Source: Octopus sinensis
Taxonomy: Eukaryota
NCBI RefSeq assembly: GCF_006345805.1
Contig: NC_042999.1
Coordinates: forward strand, 11,160,001-11,224,000
Length of the DNA: 64,000 nucleotides
Direction: 5' to 3'
Below are positions 26,419 through 39,384 of this stretch, one piece after another. The notes under the pieces are model-generated. The model did no database searches, was not told the DNA's origin, and saw nothing but the letters and a program-made list of their open reading frames with translations. Position numbers and translations under genes: made by a program. How positions within the stretch are numbered: the stretch's first letter is position 1; the number at the start of each line of letters is the position of its first letter.

Positions 26419-26420
<2 letters not shown>
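25786..26420. mobile_element. MITE/foldback element with about 193-bp TIRs and an internal TTAGGG-like tract
   Basis: Arms 25786-25978 and 26229-26420 (few mismatches); TA context; ttagggttaggtttagagttatggttagggttagggg near 26058-26095. Confidence 0.9.
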
Positions 26421-26480
<60 letters not shown>

Positions 26481-26603
26481 CAACAGACGTACACGTGTGG
26501 GCATGTTAGTCTTATTAGTGTGTGTGTGTATGTATGTTCATATATATATATATATATATATAACAATAATAAAAAGCGAGGTATAAACAGTAACTGCTCT
26601 GTA

Positions 26604-26713
26604 ATATAAGCGGGACCAGCCATCTGAATGTGGCTAGGGACAGGGCGGAAATGCATCAGTAACACCCCCACCACCCCGCCCTGTCCCTAGCCACATTCAG
26701 ATGGCTGGTCCCG

Positions 26714-26720
<7 letters not shown>
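26604..26720. repeat. Perfect 45-bp inverted repeat with 27-nt loop (mini-MITE-like)
   Basis: ATATAAGCGGGACCAGCCATCTGAATGTGGCTAGGGACAGGGCGG (26604-26648) and its exact reverse complement (26676-26720). Confidence 0.9.
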
Positions 26721-26761
<41 letters not shown>

Positions 26762-27129
26762 CACACATACATATATTACATATACATAAGGCAGCGACGT
26801 TAGCGCGCCGGGCGAGAATTTATCAGACATAATGACAGTATTTATTTCATAAATAAAATCTACTGCTGTAATTTCAAACACCGGTTTATCAGACTTCGAT
26901 CTGTGCAGGAATGATTGATAGAAATTCCACAGAGGCAAGAAATGGATAGCAGACGATATTCTTACGCAAAATATTTCATTTAATTCATTTTGACAAAAAG
27001 AAAATATTTGCCGCCCAATTAACAGAATATAAAATAATTATAGAAGAAATTTAGAAACAACAATTTATATAATATAAATAATTCAGTTTCTAAAACAGAA
27101 TAAAAATCGCAGTTTTAAGAAGAAGAAGA

Positions 27130-27240
27130 TTTTCTTCGGCACATGCTCAGTGTTGACATCCGGAACTAGTAAGTTTCACTTCCGGTGAGGCGGTTTACTT
27201 CCGGTCTGATTTAATGGCCGAGTTCGGCTGTTGAGAAATT
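27130..27240. promoter_or_regulatory. Probable bidirectional housekeeping promoter with clustered ETS-type motifs
   Basis: ACATCCGG 27156-27163, ACTTCCGG 27178-27185 and 27197-27204 in a locally CpG-rich, repeat-free stretch. Divergent donor sites: GG/gtaagt at 27495/27496 (+) and GC/gtaaga at 26966/26965 (-). Confidence 0.55.
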
Positions 27241-28833
27241 TTTGGGCAAATTCTCCTGATTTTGCTTCAGGAATACAGAAATACATTTATAAGAAAGTAT
27301 AACACAGCATTCCGAGTTGGGTTTGTTCTCCGACGGCGATATTTTGTTTTACGTTTAACAGAAAAGGTTTCCAACAGATTCGGAACCCAATTAAAAACCC
27401 CGAAACAAACTCATTAACAAATTACAATAACATCACAAAAACAAAAACCTTCCAACTTGTTGTTGAACGATTTTTGAAACAAAGAAAACCTGTGGGTAAG
27501 TAGAGAGCAACCTATTCTTTTAAATATCTCAAGTTTTACGAAATCCGTCGCAAATGAAACCAGAAACTCCGCAATTAAAAACGTGTTTTGGGTCGAAACA
27601 AAGGTTTTTGGTTTCGGTTTTGAGAATATTTTGGGTTGAAATATTTGTTTAAATATAATTAAACCGCTGCAATTTAGCTTTAATTAAATTTGATTTTAGC
27701 ACGGTGCTGTTGTTGTTGTTGTTGTTAATATATGTGTAGAATATTTGTATGTATTGAAGGTGTTTAAAAGAGTCACATGTTTGTGTTTACTTTGGCCAGA
27801 AGAACCGAGTGAAGAGGAAAATGAGAAACGATCAAGTGTTAAATGCTTTCTATAGAACTACTAAATGGATTGACACGCGTATATGTTAGGTGTGTTATTG
27901 TTTTCTTTATTGATTCCACAACGGAAGACCGTCACGTCGAGCCTGACTCAGCCGAGGAACCGCTACACGGACTTTCCACTTGCTAGAAACTGCAGCCAAA
28001 CTCCTCTAAATCACAACCACCGTCGTCTTGAAAAATATACACTTAATTTATGTAATTCAAAGGAAGATGAGATTGTCATGGCTGGAATGCTTTTAATATC
28101 TCTGCCGCCACCAGGTTGACCAGACCCTATAGAACAACCAAGATGCTGAAAATAGCCGCAATTCTTCGGGTCTTTGATTCTGTCTTAACCGATACAAACA
28201 CAAGTGCGTGAAAAGTTTGTTTTCTGTTAATTACCCCCACCCTTGTCTCCCGCCCCACACCATTATCTATTAAATCCTAATTCTTTGATTTAAAAAAAAA
28301 TATATTAGCATTTCATTTTAAGATAGTCTCGGAGCTTCTTGTTTCCATACTCTGTGAGAAATTCCTTTTTCATAATGTTCAATTTGATGTAATATTCTAA
28401 GACAACCTCACCTCTCGCCCTTGTCTGTGTTGTCAAGGTAAATTACGGTTGCATTGACCAACCCCTGATCCACCCTTGATGTGTGGTTGCTATTTTTGAG
28501 TGGGTTATCGTTTTAACGTCCACTCTGCTTATGCTTACATGGATCAGAGGAATTCGTTGGGGTAGGTTTTCTATGGGTGGATGCCCTTACTGTCGTCAAC
28601 CGTCACCTGTTTCCAAGCAAGATAATACTTTCGTTTGCAACTACCATGCGATGTCAAAACGAGGAGACCCAAACACATGCATATACTAATGCACACATAC
28701 ACGACAGGCTTCTTTCTGTTTCCATCTACCAAATCCACTCACAAGGCTTTGGTTGGCCCAAGGCTACAGCAGAAGATATTTGGCCAAAGTAGACTGAACT
28801 TCTTAACCATGCAGCCATGTATGTGCCTTATAC

Positions 28834-28890
<57 letters not shown>

Positions 28891-29049
28891 AATTCATAAA
28901 TAAGGGCAAACGAAAAAATTTCCAATGCCAAATATGCTGAAAAAATTTTATCCTACAAAAAAAAAAAAAAAATTTTATCCTACATTAGATATAAATTTCG
29001 AAAAAAATTTTGTCCTATATTAGATATATATATATATATATATATATGT

Positions 29050-29290
29050 GGAGGCGCAATGGCCCAGTGTTTAGGGCAGTGGACTCGCGGTCGGAGGATC
29101 GCGGTTTCGATTCCCAGACCGGGTGTTTGTGTTTATTGAGCGTGAGCGAAAACACCTAAAAAGCTCCACGAGGCTCCGGCAGGGGTTGGTGATCCCTGCT
29201 GTACTCTTTCACCACTCTTTCTTCTGTTGGCCTGCTCACTTAGCGGGGTGGCGTCGTTCGAAGGCTAAAACAATGCGAACGCTTTGTGAT
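29050..29290 (+). mobile_element. tRNA-derived SINE (family S3, resembling the octopus OR-type tRNA-Arg SINEs as recalled)
   Basis: GGAGGCGCAATGGCCCAGTG head, B-box-like GGTTTCGATTCCC; second copy at 33196. Confidence 0.85.
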
Positions 29291-29415
29291 CTGGTCGGTC
29301 ACGTGATATATATATATACATACGCACACACACACATACAAGTGAGTGGACAAAATGAAAGAAAAAGGGACTCAACACATTTCGCAAGAGTTGCATGTTT
29401 TATTATTTAAAACAG

Positions 29416-29484
29416 TTTGACCTGGCTGTGTGTGACTTAGAGTTTCAAAGGCTTCCTACAGAAACCCAGCTCATTCAAGCTGAG
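29416..29484 (+). CDS. Weak candidate exon (FDLAVCDLEFQRLPTETQLIQAE), possibly an N-terminal SMC6 exon
   Basis: acag acceptor and GAG/gttagc donor, 69 nt in frame. It ends in AE, which precedes VGIIE in SMC6 N-termini as recalled. Otherwise unsupported. Confidence 0.2.
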
Positions 29485-30165
29485 GTTAGCATGTATATTG
29501 TCTGTATGATGGATCATCATAGTCCACTTTCCATGCTGGCAGGGGTTGACTTCAGCAATGTGACCACACATGTGCTGTTGGCAAATTAGCTTCATTGACT
29601 GACAGGTGATGGTTGTTTAGAGAATGCGTGGGCTAAGACTATGCACCTTCATTGGTCAGTTAAAGTTGAGACAGTGTCACGCGACAACTTGTGGGGCTGC
29701 CTGCTGGAGCCTAGCAGCAGGTATTTAAAGGGAAAAAATTTAATGAAACAGTCTCACCCACTGACACTGGTTGACGCTACCTCGAAGAGGCCAGGGAACA
29801 GAAGAAAGAAGACATGCACCCAACACCAGAGCTGAAGACACCTCCGAAAGGTGGGGGCCCCACTATATCAAAACGGTAGCGGAGTAGGGGCCGAAACCAG
29901 ACGTGGTTCCTCCTGATGATGTCTTGAGCTAACTGGATCCTATAAAGGAGCTGTTGTGGTAGCAGACCACGAAACATGGTTGAAATTCCTCCTTGGACTT
30001 TTCCCTTTCTCCTTTCCAATGAAGATCTATGCTCAAAATGTCAAACTCTCTTTTCACCGGGCATCAAGCTAATTGCATTCCTTGTGCATGTCCTCTTGTT
30101 GTCTGTTAATTTTATTCATTTATTTGAATTGACTATATATATATATATATACACGCACATATATA

Positions 30166-31432
30166 CAGGGTCTTGCGCAGATAAATTGAGATAATTTTTA
30201 CAATGCATACGACTGGTTATAAATACTAAAATAATGGTAGTAGACAGATATAATTTTGTTACAAAAAAACCCCATTTATCACTGTTTGGCTGCCCTTTTG
30301 GGGCCTTCACATGAGAATAAAATCTTTTTGCAGCTGCTGCAATCTCTGCCTTTTTGATTTTGCATGTCGCATGCACGATGCAGGTCTTCAAACTGTTGAC
30401 ACTGGAGAGTGTGGTGAAGCATTGGTCCCTTCTTGAAGTACACCCCATAAAAAGTAACCAAGAAGGTTGAGATCTGGGCTATTACTGGACCAGGTGTTGG
30501 CCCTCACAAAAAATGGCACCCTCTCACCAAGGAAGACCTGTGTTGCTTTTGACTCCTGGCATGCTTCAGAATCCTGGATAAGCACCACATTGTCAGGCCC
30601 AAACTTCAGCTACATTCAAGGTAATGGTGAGTTCTTCAGGATGTCCAGATACTCCTTTGTGTCGATCTTCAAGCCAGACTCAATGAAGTGTGGATCCAGG
30701 ATGCTTCCATCACTCGACATAGCTTCAAATACCATCACAAAGGCTGGATTCTTCATCTCAGGCACAGGAGGGACATCAGAAGGGTTGGATACAATCACTC
30801 GAGAATTTCTGCGATTCACCTCAGTGTCCACAGTGAACTTCTCGTCCAGAAGCATGAGAGTTTTTCCTGCACCTTGATGTTTGATGAATGACAGAGGCTT
30901 TGGGCTACTCTCAGCTCTGATTGCTTTGACCTTGACTGTTAGGCAGTGACGGGATCATCGAACATAGCTAGTCATGCCAAGGTTCCTGTTCACAGCTCTG
31001 AACACTGTGGAAAGGGACACATTGCATTTCTTTGCAAGAGTTGTCATGGATGTAGGTGGGTTGGCACCAATTGAGCGTTTGAGGCCAGCGAGAAACTTTG
31101 GATTGTGCTTGGAATCACTTTGAGTCTTGTGTTCTTTTCTATCAATCTTTCTCTCTTCTTTAAATTGTTTATACACATGATAAATTGTTGCTTTTGGAAG
31201 TTTTGTCAACTTCACAATTTATTGGCAGTGTGCCCAGGGCTCACCAAAACAATAATGGCAGAATGATTCTGTTGTTCCATGACCTTCTGTCGTTGAATCA
31301 GTTCATAATTTACCTGACAAATAAAGAGGAGGATTAGATTTTCAAGCAAGCAAGGTTTTGTCAAAAAATGAAATGCTAGACCCACCTAAGTCAATTGCTT
31401 AAAGTTGGTCTCAATTTATCTGCAAGACCCTG
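30166..31432 (-). mobile_element. Tc1/mariner DNA transposon, DD37D (maT) type, inactive
   Basis: TIRs CAGGGTCTTG(CG)CAGATAAATTGAGA with TA at both ends. Transposase pieces: HTH (MTTLAKKCNVSLSTVFRAV), DEKFTVD, QDS...NSPDLNLLGY with 37-residue spacing and the last D mutated to G. Stops present. Confidence 0.92.
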
Positions 31433-31639
31433 TATATATGCTGACAAGGCTGTGTGGGTAAGAGATTTGTTTCCCAACCATGTAATTTCAGGTTTAGTCC
31501 CGTTGCATGGCACCTTGAGCGAGTGTCTTCTACTAGGTTGACCAAAGCCTTGTGAGTGGATTTGGTAAACAGAAACTGAAAGAAGCCTGTCATTCTTGTT
31601 GTATGTTTGTGCTTGTGTTTTGCTGTCTCCTTGCCTTGA

Positions 31640-34600
31640 CTTTGCGGGATACTCGGAAACAAGTTTTCTGTTCTTTGGTATTTAACCAGATGCAATGTAA
31701 GATGTGTGTTTACTGGGAGCAATATTCTGTTGGTGGTGATCTTATTTGATCCTTGAAGAGAGCTGAAGTGTTTTCTGGTTTTGAAGAGGAATCCTGGTGT
31801 TTGGGCTGTGAGTTTTGTGAAGCCTAACATTTCAAGTGATATTTTAAGAGTTTCACATGTATTTTTTTTTTGTGCATTGGTTGTAGCTTTATATTGGTGA
31901 AGGAAACAAGATGGACAGGACTCCACTGGAGAATGTATTTGATGTCTTCTCTTTCTGTTGGGACAGTGCAAGGTTAGCATCAGTTGTCTAGGTTACATAA
32001 AGATGATGCTTATGTACCGGTCATAAGAGTTGGGTGAAGGACTGCATCACCTGCATAGCACTGGACATTGTTGGAAGTGATGGCAGATAGGCTGTTGATG
32101 TATGGGAAGAAATGTGGAGAAGATACTGGTGCCTTGGAGCATGCCAGAGATGATAGTTTGTCAAAGAGAGCTGCATTGGTATGACCCGACAGGAGGCTTC
32201 TGAACCAAACCCTGCTGGAGCCCATGTATAGAAAGTTTAGGTAGGAGATTGCATGTGGGAAACGGGGCCTGTCAAGTACACTAATAATATTGTTTCCAAT
32301 AAATTTCTCAGAGAATGAGGAGCAGTTATTGAGTGTGACGGGAGAGCTGGTTTCCAGTCGATGTGGTTTTATATATTGGGAAGCGAGTTGTTAACATTGT
32401 TCCCCCTCACCTTTATGAAGTTGGAAGCGAGAGCAATAAATTGATAGTTCAGATGGTTGGCCATATTAAGAACGGGATACATTGTAGCTAGTTTCCAAAT
32501 ATAGCAATCGATATCTGTAGGAGGGACCAGAAGCTTTGGTGAGGGCAAGAATTCTTGGAAGGAGCAAACCATACCCATGATCTTTATAGGTTCTTTGAGA
32601 CTTGCTGACATTCTGCTTCATCCTTTTGGGACCGTCTCACCTAAAACCATCTTTCATTCTATGATCCAAACTCCGTTTTGAAGTAAAACCTTCGTCCATC
32701 AGAATCTCCTGTTAATCCATGTCCCAAACACCAATTAAACGATGACCGAGCTATTTTTTTTTTTAACTTTTCATTTGTTTCGAAATGAATTAAAGCAAAG
32801 ACTGTGTATTTCAGGAGAAATATGGTAACTGAATGGTTAAACTGTTGTAGTTAACTGCAATAAAGACATTTAGTTGGGGGTTGGGGGGTTGGAGGCCAGT
32901 GTTGTGAGAGAAATGATTGGATATAGTTGTTAGTGTGGGCCCTGAGTGGAGTGGTGGTGATGGACACAACGTGATGAGAGGCAAAAACAAGTGAATGAAG
33001 GTGGCACAAGAACAGACAGTTTTTGAAGAGCAGAAACCATTGTAGAAGCAGTAGAAAAGGCAGTGAGAGGACACAGCATGTCTGTGGACCAGAAGCTGGA
33101 ATATGCTTGTGATTGGTTTCATGTTAATTAATCACATGACCTTTCTTTGAATGTCGTCTGTCTAGGGTGTGTGTGTAGTAGCAGCAACAGCAGGTGGAGG
33201 CGCAATGGCCCAGTGGTTTGGGCAGCGGACTCGTGGTCGGAGGATCGCGGTTTTGATTTCCAGACCGGACGTTGTGTGTATTTATTGAGCAAAAACACCT
33301 AAAGCTCCACGAGGCTCCAGCAGGGGGTGGTGGCGACCCCTGTTGTACTCTTTCACTCCAACTTTCTCTCACTCTTTCTTCCTGTTTCTTGTCCCAGACT
33401 TCCTACGCAACCGCTGAGCCTGGATGTGCATTCATCCATCCAGCGATGCTCTTGGTGTCGGGGGTTGACCTGCTTTCTCTTCTGCAGGTCTTACGAATAG
33501 CAAAGGACCACGTTTTGGACTTCTCCCAAGAGGATGAAGACCGCTTCACTCAACAAACAAACAAACAAGCAGCAACAGCAGAGTTCCAGATAAGGGATCA
33601 GCCTGAACTCACTCCATTGTGGGTCTTGCTTGATCGTAGTTGTTGGGAAAGGAATTATTTGTTTTGGTTCTGAAGAGAAGGGCTAAACTTTGAGTTGCAA
33701 TTTAAGCTTATAATAAAGAAGTGTTTGCCAGGAGAGGTCATCACCGATCGTGAGGGCTAGCATTTGGAGTGATTATGAGGGCCCTAGTTACATGTTGCTG
33801 GTGTTTAAGGGAATGTGTTGCAATGTTTTCTTTGTATGTGTATTGCTGTTTTTTTTTCTCATAAGAGAAAAGATGGCCTGACTCCCATTAAATATTTTTG
33901 AGCTCTCTCTCTCTCTCTCTCTCCATGAAGTCAATGCAAATTTGGAGGAGGTGTCTAAATTACATGTGATGACAATTGGACAGGGAAGCTTACACACTGC
34001 TATTATACAGAAGGGACATTATTAGGGCCAGTGGAGTTGTTGGTTTGAAGTAACCAAGGAGACCTTACCGTTTGACATGTGTTTGTACATGAGGATGAGT
34101 CTGGTTGAGGAGAAAGGGGATAGATCTAGAAAATATGTATCTAGGGCAAGGGTCAGCAAAGTGGTTGATATTGAGACCTTGGGGGTCTATGTGGCCATCC
34201 AAGGGGTAAATAGACATGAAATATTTCTACTATATCAATGTAGTATGATGGAAGAAGAATGAAGACATTTTTTAAATCAAGAAGTTTTATTAATTATACT
34301 TTGTAATTTTATTTTAGAAATGTACATGATGGGGGGGGGGGTCTTTAAGTTATTGACGATTGCACAAAGGAATCAGTATATAAGGAGTTTGCTGACCTTT
34401 GATCAAGGCTTTGCAGCATGGAGTAAAGCAATTAGTGAAGATGGAGGTTTTTCTCTCCAGGAGTATTGTTCGTAGAATCGTTTTGGTTAAAATGTGGAAG
34501 AATGGAGTATTTCACAAAACTGGTGGAGATTCTTTTAGTTAGGGTCCAATAGGATTGACTGGAATTTGAGAGGCAGGGACACTTGAAGCCTTTGTGGTTT

Positions 34601-35310
34601 GGTTGAATGTTTTGCATCCTTTGTGGTTTGAATTATGGCTTTACAGTATTGATAATAATACCTTCTGGTTTGTAGGGGATTTTTTCTGCAGCCATTGTAG
34701 ACTTTGTGTTTTGGCTGAGCAGCTGCAACCCACCTATGAGTGAACCTCTTGGGTAGATGAGTTTTTTGTTTTGGGTGGAAGGTAGAGGGATATATCTAAA
34801 AGGAGGGTTGCAGTCATCAATGTCGCTGTTTCTGATGGGGCAAAGATGAAGCTTAAGTGTTGCCACGGATTGTGATGAAGAAGCCGATGCAACTCAAACC
34901 CTGCGAATAACATCAAGTGCCACAGGGTCCAGGAGTGCAATTTGTTGGATTGTTGCAGGGGACAGATGGGATTTGTTGAGGGAGATTTTCTACAGCTGAA
35001 TGCTTTTCTTGTTGCCGTCCCATACCTGTTTCTCAGCAAGGTCCTATTTTCCCCTCCTCCAGACCAGTTTTCACAGAAGATTGCAAAAAAAAAAAAAGGG
35101 TGCTACTTATACAATGGTGAATTTTGTTTACAATTAACACACTCTCTGCAAATTCTTCCAATGACCAGCAACTTTTTGACCCTGTCACATCCTGCCTGGA
35201 GGATATCTACCTCACTTCACTCCTCTTTGAATCCAAAGTCATTATCCTCAATGCTCACAACACTTGGCTCGTGTACTCACGCATACTTTGGCTACCGACA
35301 TCTGGATTCC
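31640..35310 (-). mobile_element. Fragmented CR1/Jockey-group LINE interrupted by an S3 SINE
   Basis: Decayed RT (FFPYINSL...CYAGDAVLH near 32050-32130; NYQFIALAS near 32430) on minus; EN-like fragment (LFDPVTSCLED...IILNAHNTWL) on plus at 35140-35300. Boundaries approximate. Confidence 0.6.
33196..33670 (+). mobile_element. tRNA-derived SINE (family S3)
   Basis: A-box TGGCCCAGTGG; homologous to 29050. Confidence 0.85.
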
Positions 35311-37310
35311 TTACTGTTAAATAGAAACACTATAACATTTATTCAGACAAGTTTTTTGACAAACAGGTATTCAGTAAAATTTCCAAAACTATTCAAAATG
35401 TTTTACCACAAATATTACAATGATACGGCCGGTTGGTCTCTTCTGTGAATGTATTTGTGAGTAAGTACTTCTTTTAGACGATGATTCACCCCATATCACA
35501 GCAATATCTTTGTGTTCACTTGTGTAGGTTGGGCTGCAATGCTTTAGTTTTTTAATAGAATCTCTTTTTATTCATATTATTTTGTTCTTCTAGAAGTTAT
35601 TTTGTTATATTTTTTTATGTGTTTCTTTGATAATTTTATGCTATTTATTTCTGGGTGTGTCTCAAAATTGCTTTTTTCCTAGATTTTTGGAAAGCCATTT
35701 CCTTGATATGACCTGAAGGATCTATTTTGGCAGTAAAGTAGACCTCTAAATATTTGGCTCCAGTCCATTTTTGTCTATTTTGACTTAGCAGCACAATGAT
35801 GCTCCTTCCACAGCCATCTTCTATGCTGGCAAGGGTCGGATGATTTGTCCAAAGACCACATCATGTTCCATTGTCTACTTTGGCATGGTTTCTACTCATC
35901 TGGATGCCCTTTCTAATGTCAACCACTTTGCAGAGTGTACTGGATGCTTTTTTCACGTCACCAGCACCAGTGATGTTGCCAAGCAGCTTGCATGACTACG
36001 GACTCTGAGAGATGGCACCATGCTAGGAAAGTATGAGAAAAGGTTGCCAGAGCAGAAGAGATTTCTTGCTATAAAGATGCTACGACCAATCATGAAATTA
36101 GTTTTTCTACTAAATTATTCTTTCAGTAGTAAAAATGAATTAAATGAAGTTAATTCTGTGTTTATCAAAACTTTAATCAGGTAGACAAGAATAAATGTCA
36201 CATTTGAACAAAAATCAATAATAAGCTGATCAACCAACCATACAACAGGTTGTACACCATACAACAGGTTGTACACCTACACCATACTCTGTATTACTGG
36301 CAGCATTTGTGAACAACCTGACACAATTTGAATAGAGATGAAGTCTTTGGGAGTTTAAGATTGTATAATTCAACAAGTTAGATTCAATTGTTGAGAGAAT
36401 TTTGCAATTCTTACAGTTCTTGTTATGGTCTTCCAAACTTGCTAACCCCATCTTTACTTTTGATATTATTCCTTCCTGCTTTTTGCTGATTCTCATACAG
36501 CTAAATCTGTATAAGCTCTTAATTTCATGATTGTCCTCATATGACTGCCGCCATATTCCATTCCTGCAAGGCTTGGATGATTTGACAGAGAAATGCATTG
36601 AGCACCGCTGTCTGCTTTCACATGATTTCTACTGATTGATGCTCTTCTTAACATCAGTCACTGTATTGAAGATGCTGGGGCTTTTTTCATGGCACCAGCA
36701 CTAGTGAGGTCATCAAGTAACTTGTAAGACCCCTTGACAGGGTTGGGTGCAACATCGAGGGAGGTGGTTTTCTGTCGGGTGTTGAGAGGCTAAAATACGA
36801 TAAAGAGACTCTAACAGTTGTTTTAATGTGGAGGAGATACACGGCTACCCCAACAAGTAAGGGAGAAAGGATGGTGGAGAAGAAGTGTCAAGGTGTAGCC
36901 TCAAGGTCCAAGAACATAGATATAAGAGAGAAAAGGGACAGAAAATTGAGGATGGCTGGCTGGGTGGGTAGGTTTGGCAGAGTGTAAAAGGAGGAGAGTG
37001 ACAGATGAGTAGAGAATGGAGGTGGAGGCAGTTTATAATCATCATCATCATTTAGCGTCTGCTTTCCATGCTAGCATGGGTTGGACGGTTCGAGTGGGGT
37101 CTGGGAAGCCAGAAGGCTGCATCAGGCTCCAATCTGATCTGGCAGAGTTTCTACAGCTGGATGCCCTTCTTAGCGCCAACCACTCCGTGAGTGTAGTGGG
37201 TTTTTTTTTTACGTGCCACCCGCACAGGTGCCAAACGGGGCTGGAAAACGGCCATATCTAAACCCCTCTTCCACCTCCAAATTGCTGGCCTTGTGCCAAA
37301 ATGTCGAGCA

Positions 37311-37720
37311 ATAGGCGCAGGAGTGGCTGTGTGGTAAGTAGCTTGCTAACCAACCACATGGTTCCGGGTTCAGTCCCACTGCGTGGCATCTTGGGCAAGT
37401 GTCTTCTGCTATAGCCCCGGGCTGACCAAAGCCTTGTGAGTGGATTTGGTAGACGGAAACTGAAAGAAGCCTGTCGTATATATGTATATATATATGTGTG
37501 TATGTATTTGTGTGTATATGTTTGTGTCTCTAGCATTGCTTGACAACCGATGCTGGTGTGTTTACGTCCCCGTCACTTAACGGTTCGGCAAAAGAGACCG
37601 ATAGAATAAGTACTGAGCTTACAAAGAATAAGTCCTGGGGTCTATTTGCTCGACTAAAGGCGGTGCTCCAGCATGGCCGCAGTCAAATGACTGAAACAAG
37701 TAAAAGAGTAAAAAGAGTAA
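37311..37720 (+). mobile_element. tRNA-derived SINE (family S1), full length
   Basis: ataggcgcaggagtggctgtgtggtaag head, ggttccgggttcagtccc B-box region, internal (TA/TG)n, taaaagag tail repeats. Further partial copies near 6100, 13330, 18700, 28650, 31450, 41615-41948, 44720, 48198-48640, 50500, 56440 and 62320. Confidence 0.9.
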
Positions 37721-38724
37721 TGGTGTTTGGAGCATAGATTAACATTAAGTTTTTATGGATCACTTTAAACTAAGAAATTTGTATCATAGAACTAAGGGCC
37801 GTCTTGGGGTCGGTTGATGTCAAAGGGTTTATGAAGCCTTTTGCATTCAGGTTATTCTGTAAAAGGTGCAGCTTCTTTATTCACGCATCATCTTGTAGTT
37901 TCAGTATTTCATTGTGGTTGTTTATTTTTAGGATAACAGTCCAGGGTAGGTTTGAGGGGCCAGATCTGACTGGTTTGAACATAAAACAGGGAGAATATTT
38001 GGGGCCCAGGATACAACTGGTTGAAATGCTAAAGGTTTAGATGTGTAAATTATCAAAAATTATTCTTAGAATAGATTCGTTTAGATAAAACTGAGTGTTT
38101 TTGTTGTGCAGAATCAGAGGAGGTTGTTTATCTCCACAAATGTTTGCTTCATTCGTTTGCACACAACACTTGTTGTCTGCTCACATGAGCTGCTGCTGCT
38201 GCCATCCTGATATTTCTGCCAGAAGCTGGAGTTGTATTCCTGATAAGTCTTTGAGAGAGAGAGAGAAATCAATAAAGCCTGCTGAAGAGAAAGTCATTCT
38301 GTATGCAGTAAAGCTGCATTGTTTTGGAGATTCTACTTTTGTTTCGGAAGAGTTCTGTTGATAAGGGTGGCTGGGTAGAGGGGGGGGGCAGGGGGTGCAT
38401 ATAGCTTTTTTACAATTCTCTGATTCTTTTCTTGATGTTTCCAGGCTCCTTACTCATTTATTTATATCTATTAATGTCTTTATTTCTGTTGTTGTTGTTG
38501 CTATTATTGGGGCAAGCTGGCAGAATCATTAGTGCACTGGACAAAATGTTTTGCAACATTTCTTCTGGTTCTTAATGTTCTGAGTTCAAATCCTATTGAG
38601 GTTGACATTGTCCTTTTTTTTCCTCTTCAGTCGTTAAAATAAGTACCAGTCACATGAAGGGGTTGATGCAAATCAACTTGCCTCTCCCCTCAGATCTGCT
38701 GGCCTTGTGCCAAAAATTAGAAAG

Positions 38725-39320
38725 AATTCATCATCATCGTTGAACGTCCACTTTCCATGCTGGTGTGGGTTGGACGGTTTGACTGAGGACTGGTGAGCCA
38801 GAAGCTGCACCAGGCTCAGTCTGATCTGGCAAAGTTTCTACAGCTGGATGCCCTTCTTCATGCCAACCACTCCAAGAGTGTAGTGGGTGCTTTTTACGTG
38901 CCACCAGCACAAGAGCCAGTCAGGTGGTTCTGGCAAAGGTGTTTTTACGTGCTGCATGCATGGGAGCCAGTCTGGCGGCACTGGTAACGACCACGCTCGA
39001 ATGTTGTTTTTCATGTGCCACCAGCACATGTGCCGGTAAGGCGACACTGGCACCGATCATGTTCGAATGGTGCTTTTCATGTGTCACCAGCACGGGAGCC
39101 ATCCGTGGCCCTGGCAATGATCACGTTCGGATATGCTTCTTTTAATGTCCCACTGGCACAAGTGCCAATCAGACGGTACTGTCATTGGCCATGTCAGCAA
39201 TTTTGATTTGTTTACACTTGCCTCAATAGGTCTTTGCAAGCAAGGTTGATTGTCCAATGAATGAGGGGTATTCATAAATGGGCTGGTTACACCCACGGGC
39301 ATAGGCCATGGGCTATGGTC
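38725..39320 (-). mobile_element. RTE 3' UTR fragment with expanded internal subrepeats
   Basis: GAT tail at 38728 and several ggtgctttt..tgtgccaccagcac units. Confidence 0.8.
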
Positions 39321-39384
39321 TCACTATTTAAAAAGAAAATAAATAACCTTCTAAAAGCTGCAGACCCAATCTGAATTTGTGGCT

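Noticed and set aside
29050-29125. tRNA-like heads here and at 12436, 33196, 37311 and 59825
   Set aside because: They continue into repeated SINE bodies and lack a complete cloverleaf, so they are not tRNA genes
29826-29990. CTGAAGA/CTGATGA and GAAAC motifs with hairpins in a GC-richer island (possible hammerhead or solo LTR)
   Set aside because: Helices I-III cannot be closed in the required register, and no TG...CA ends with a target duplication were found
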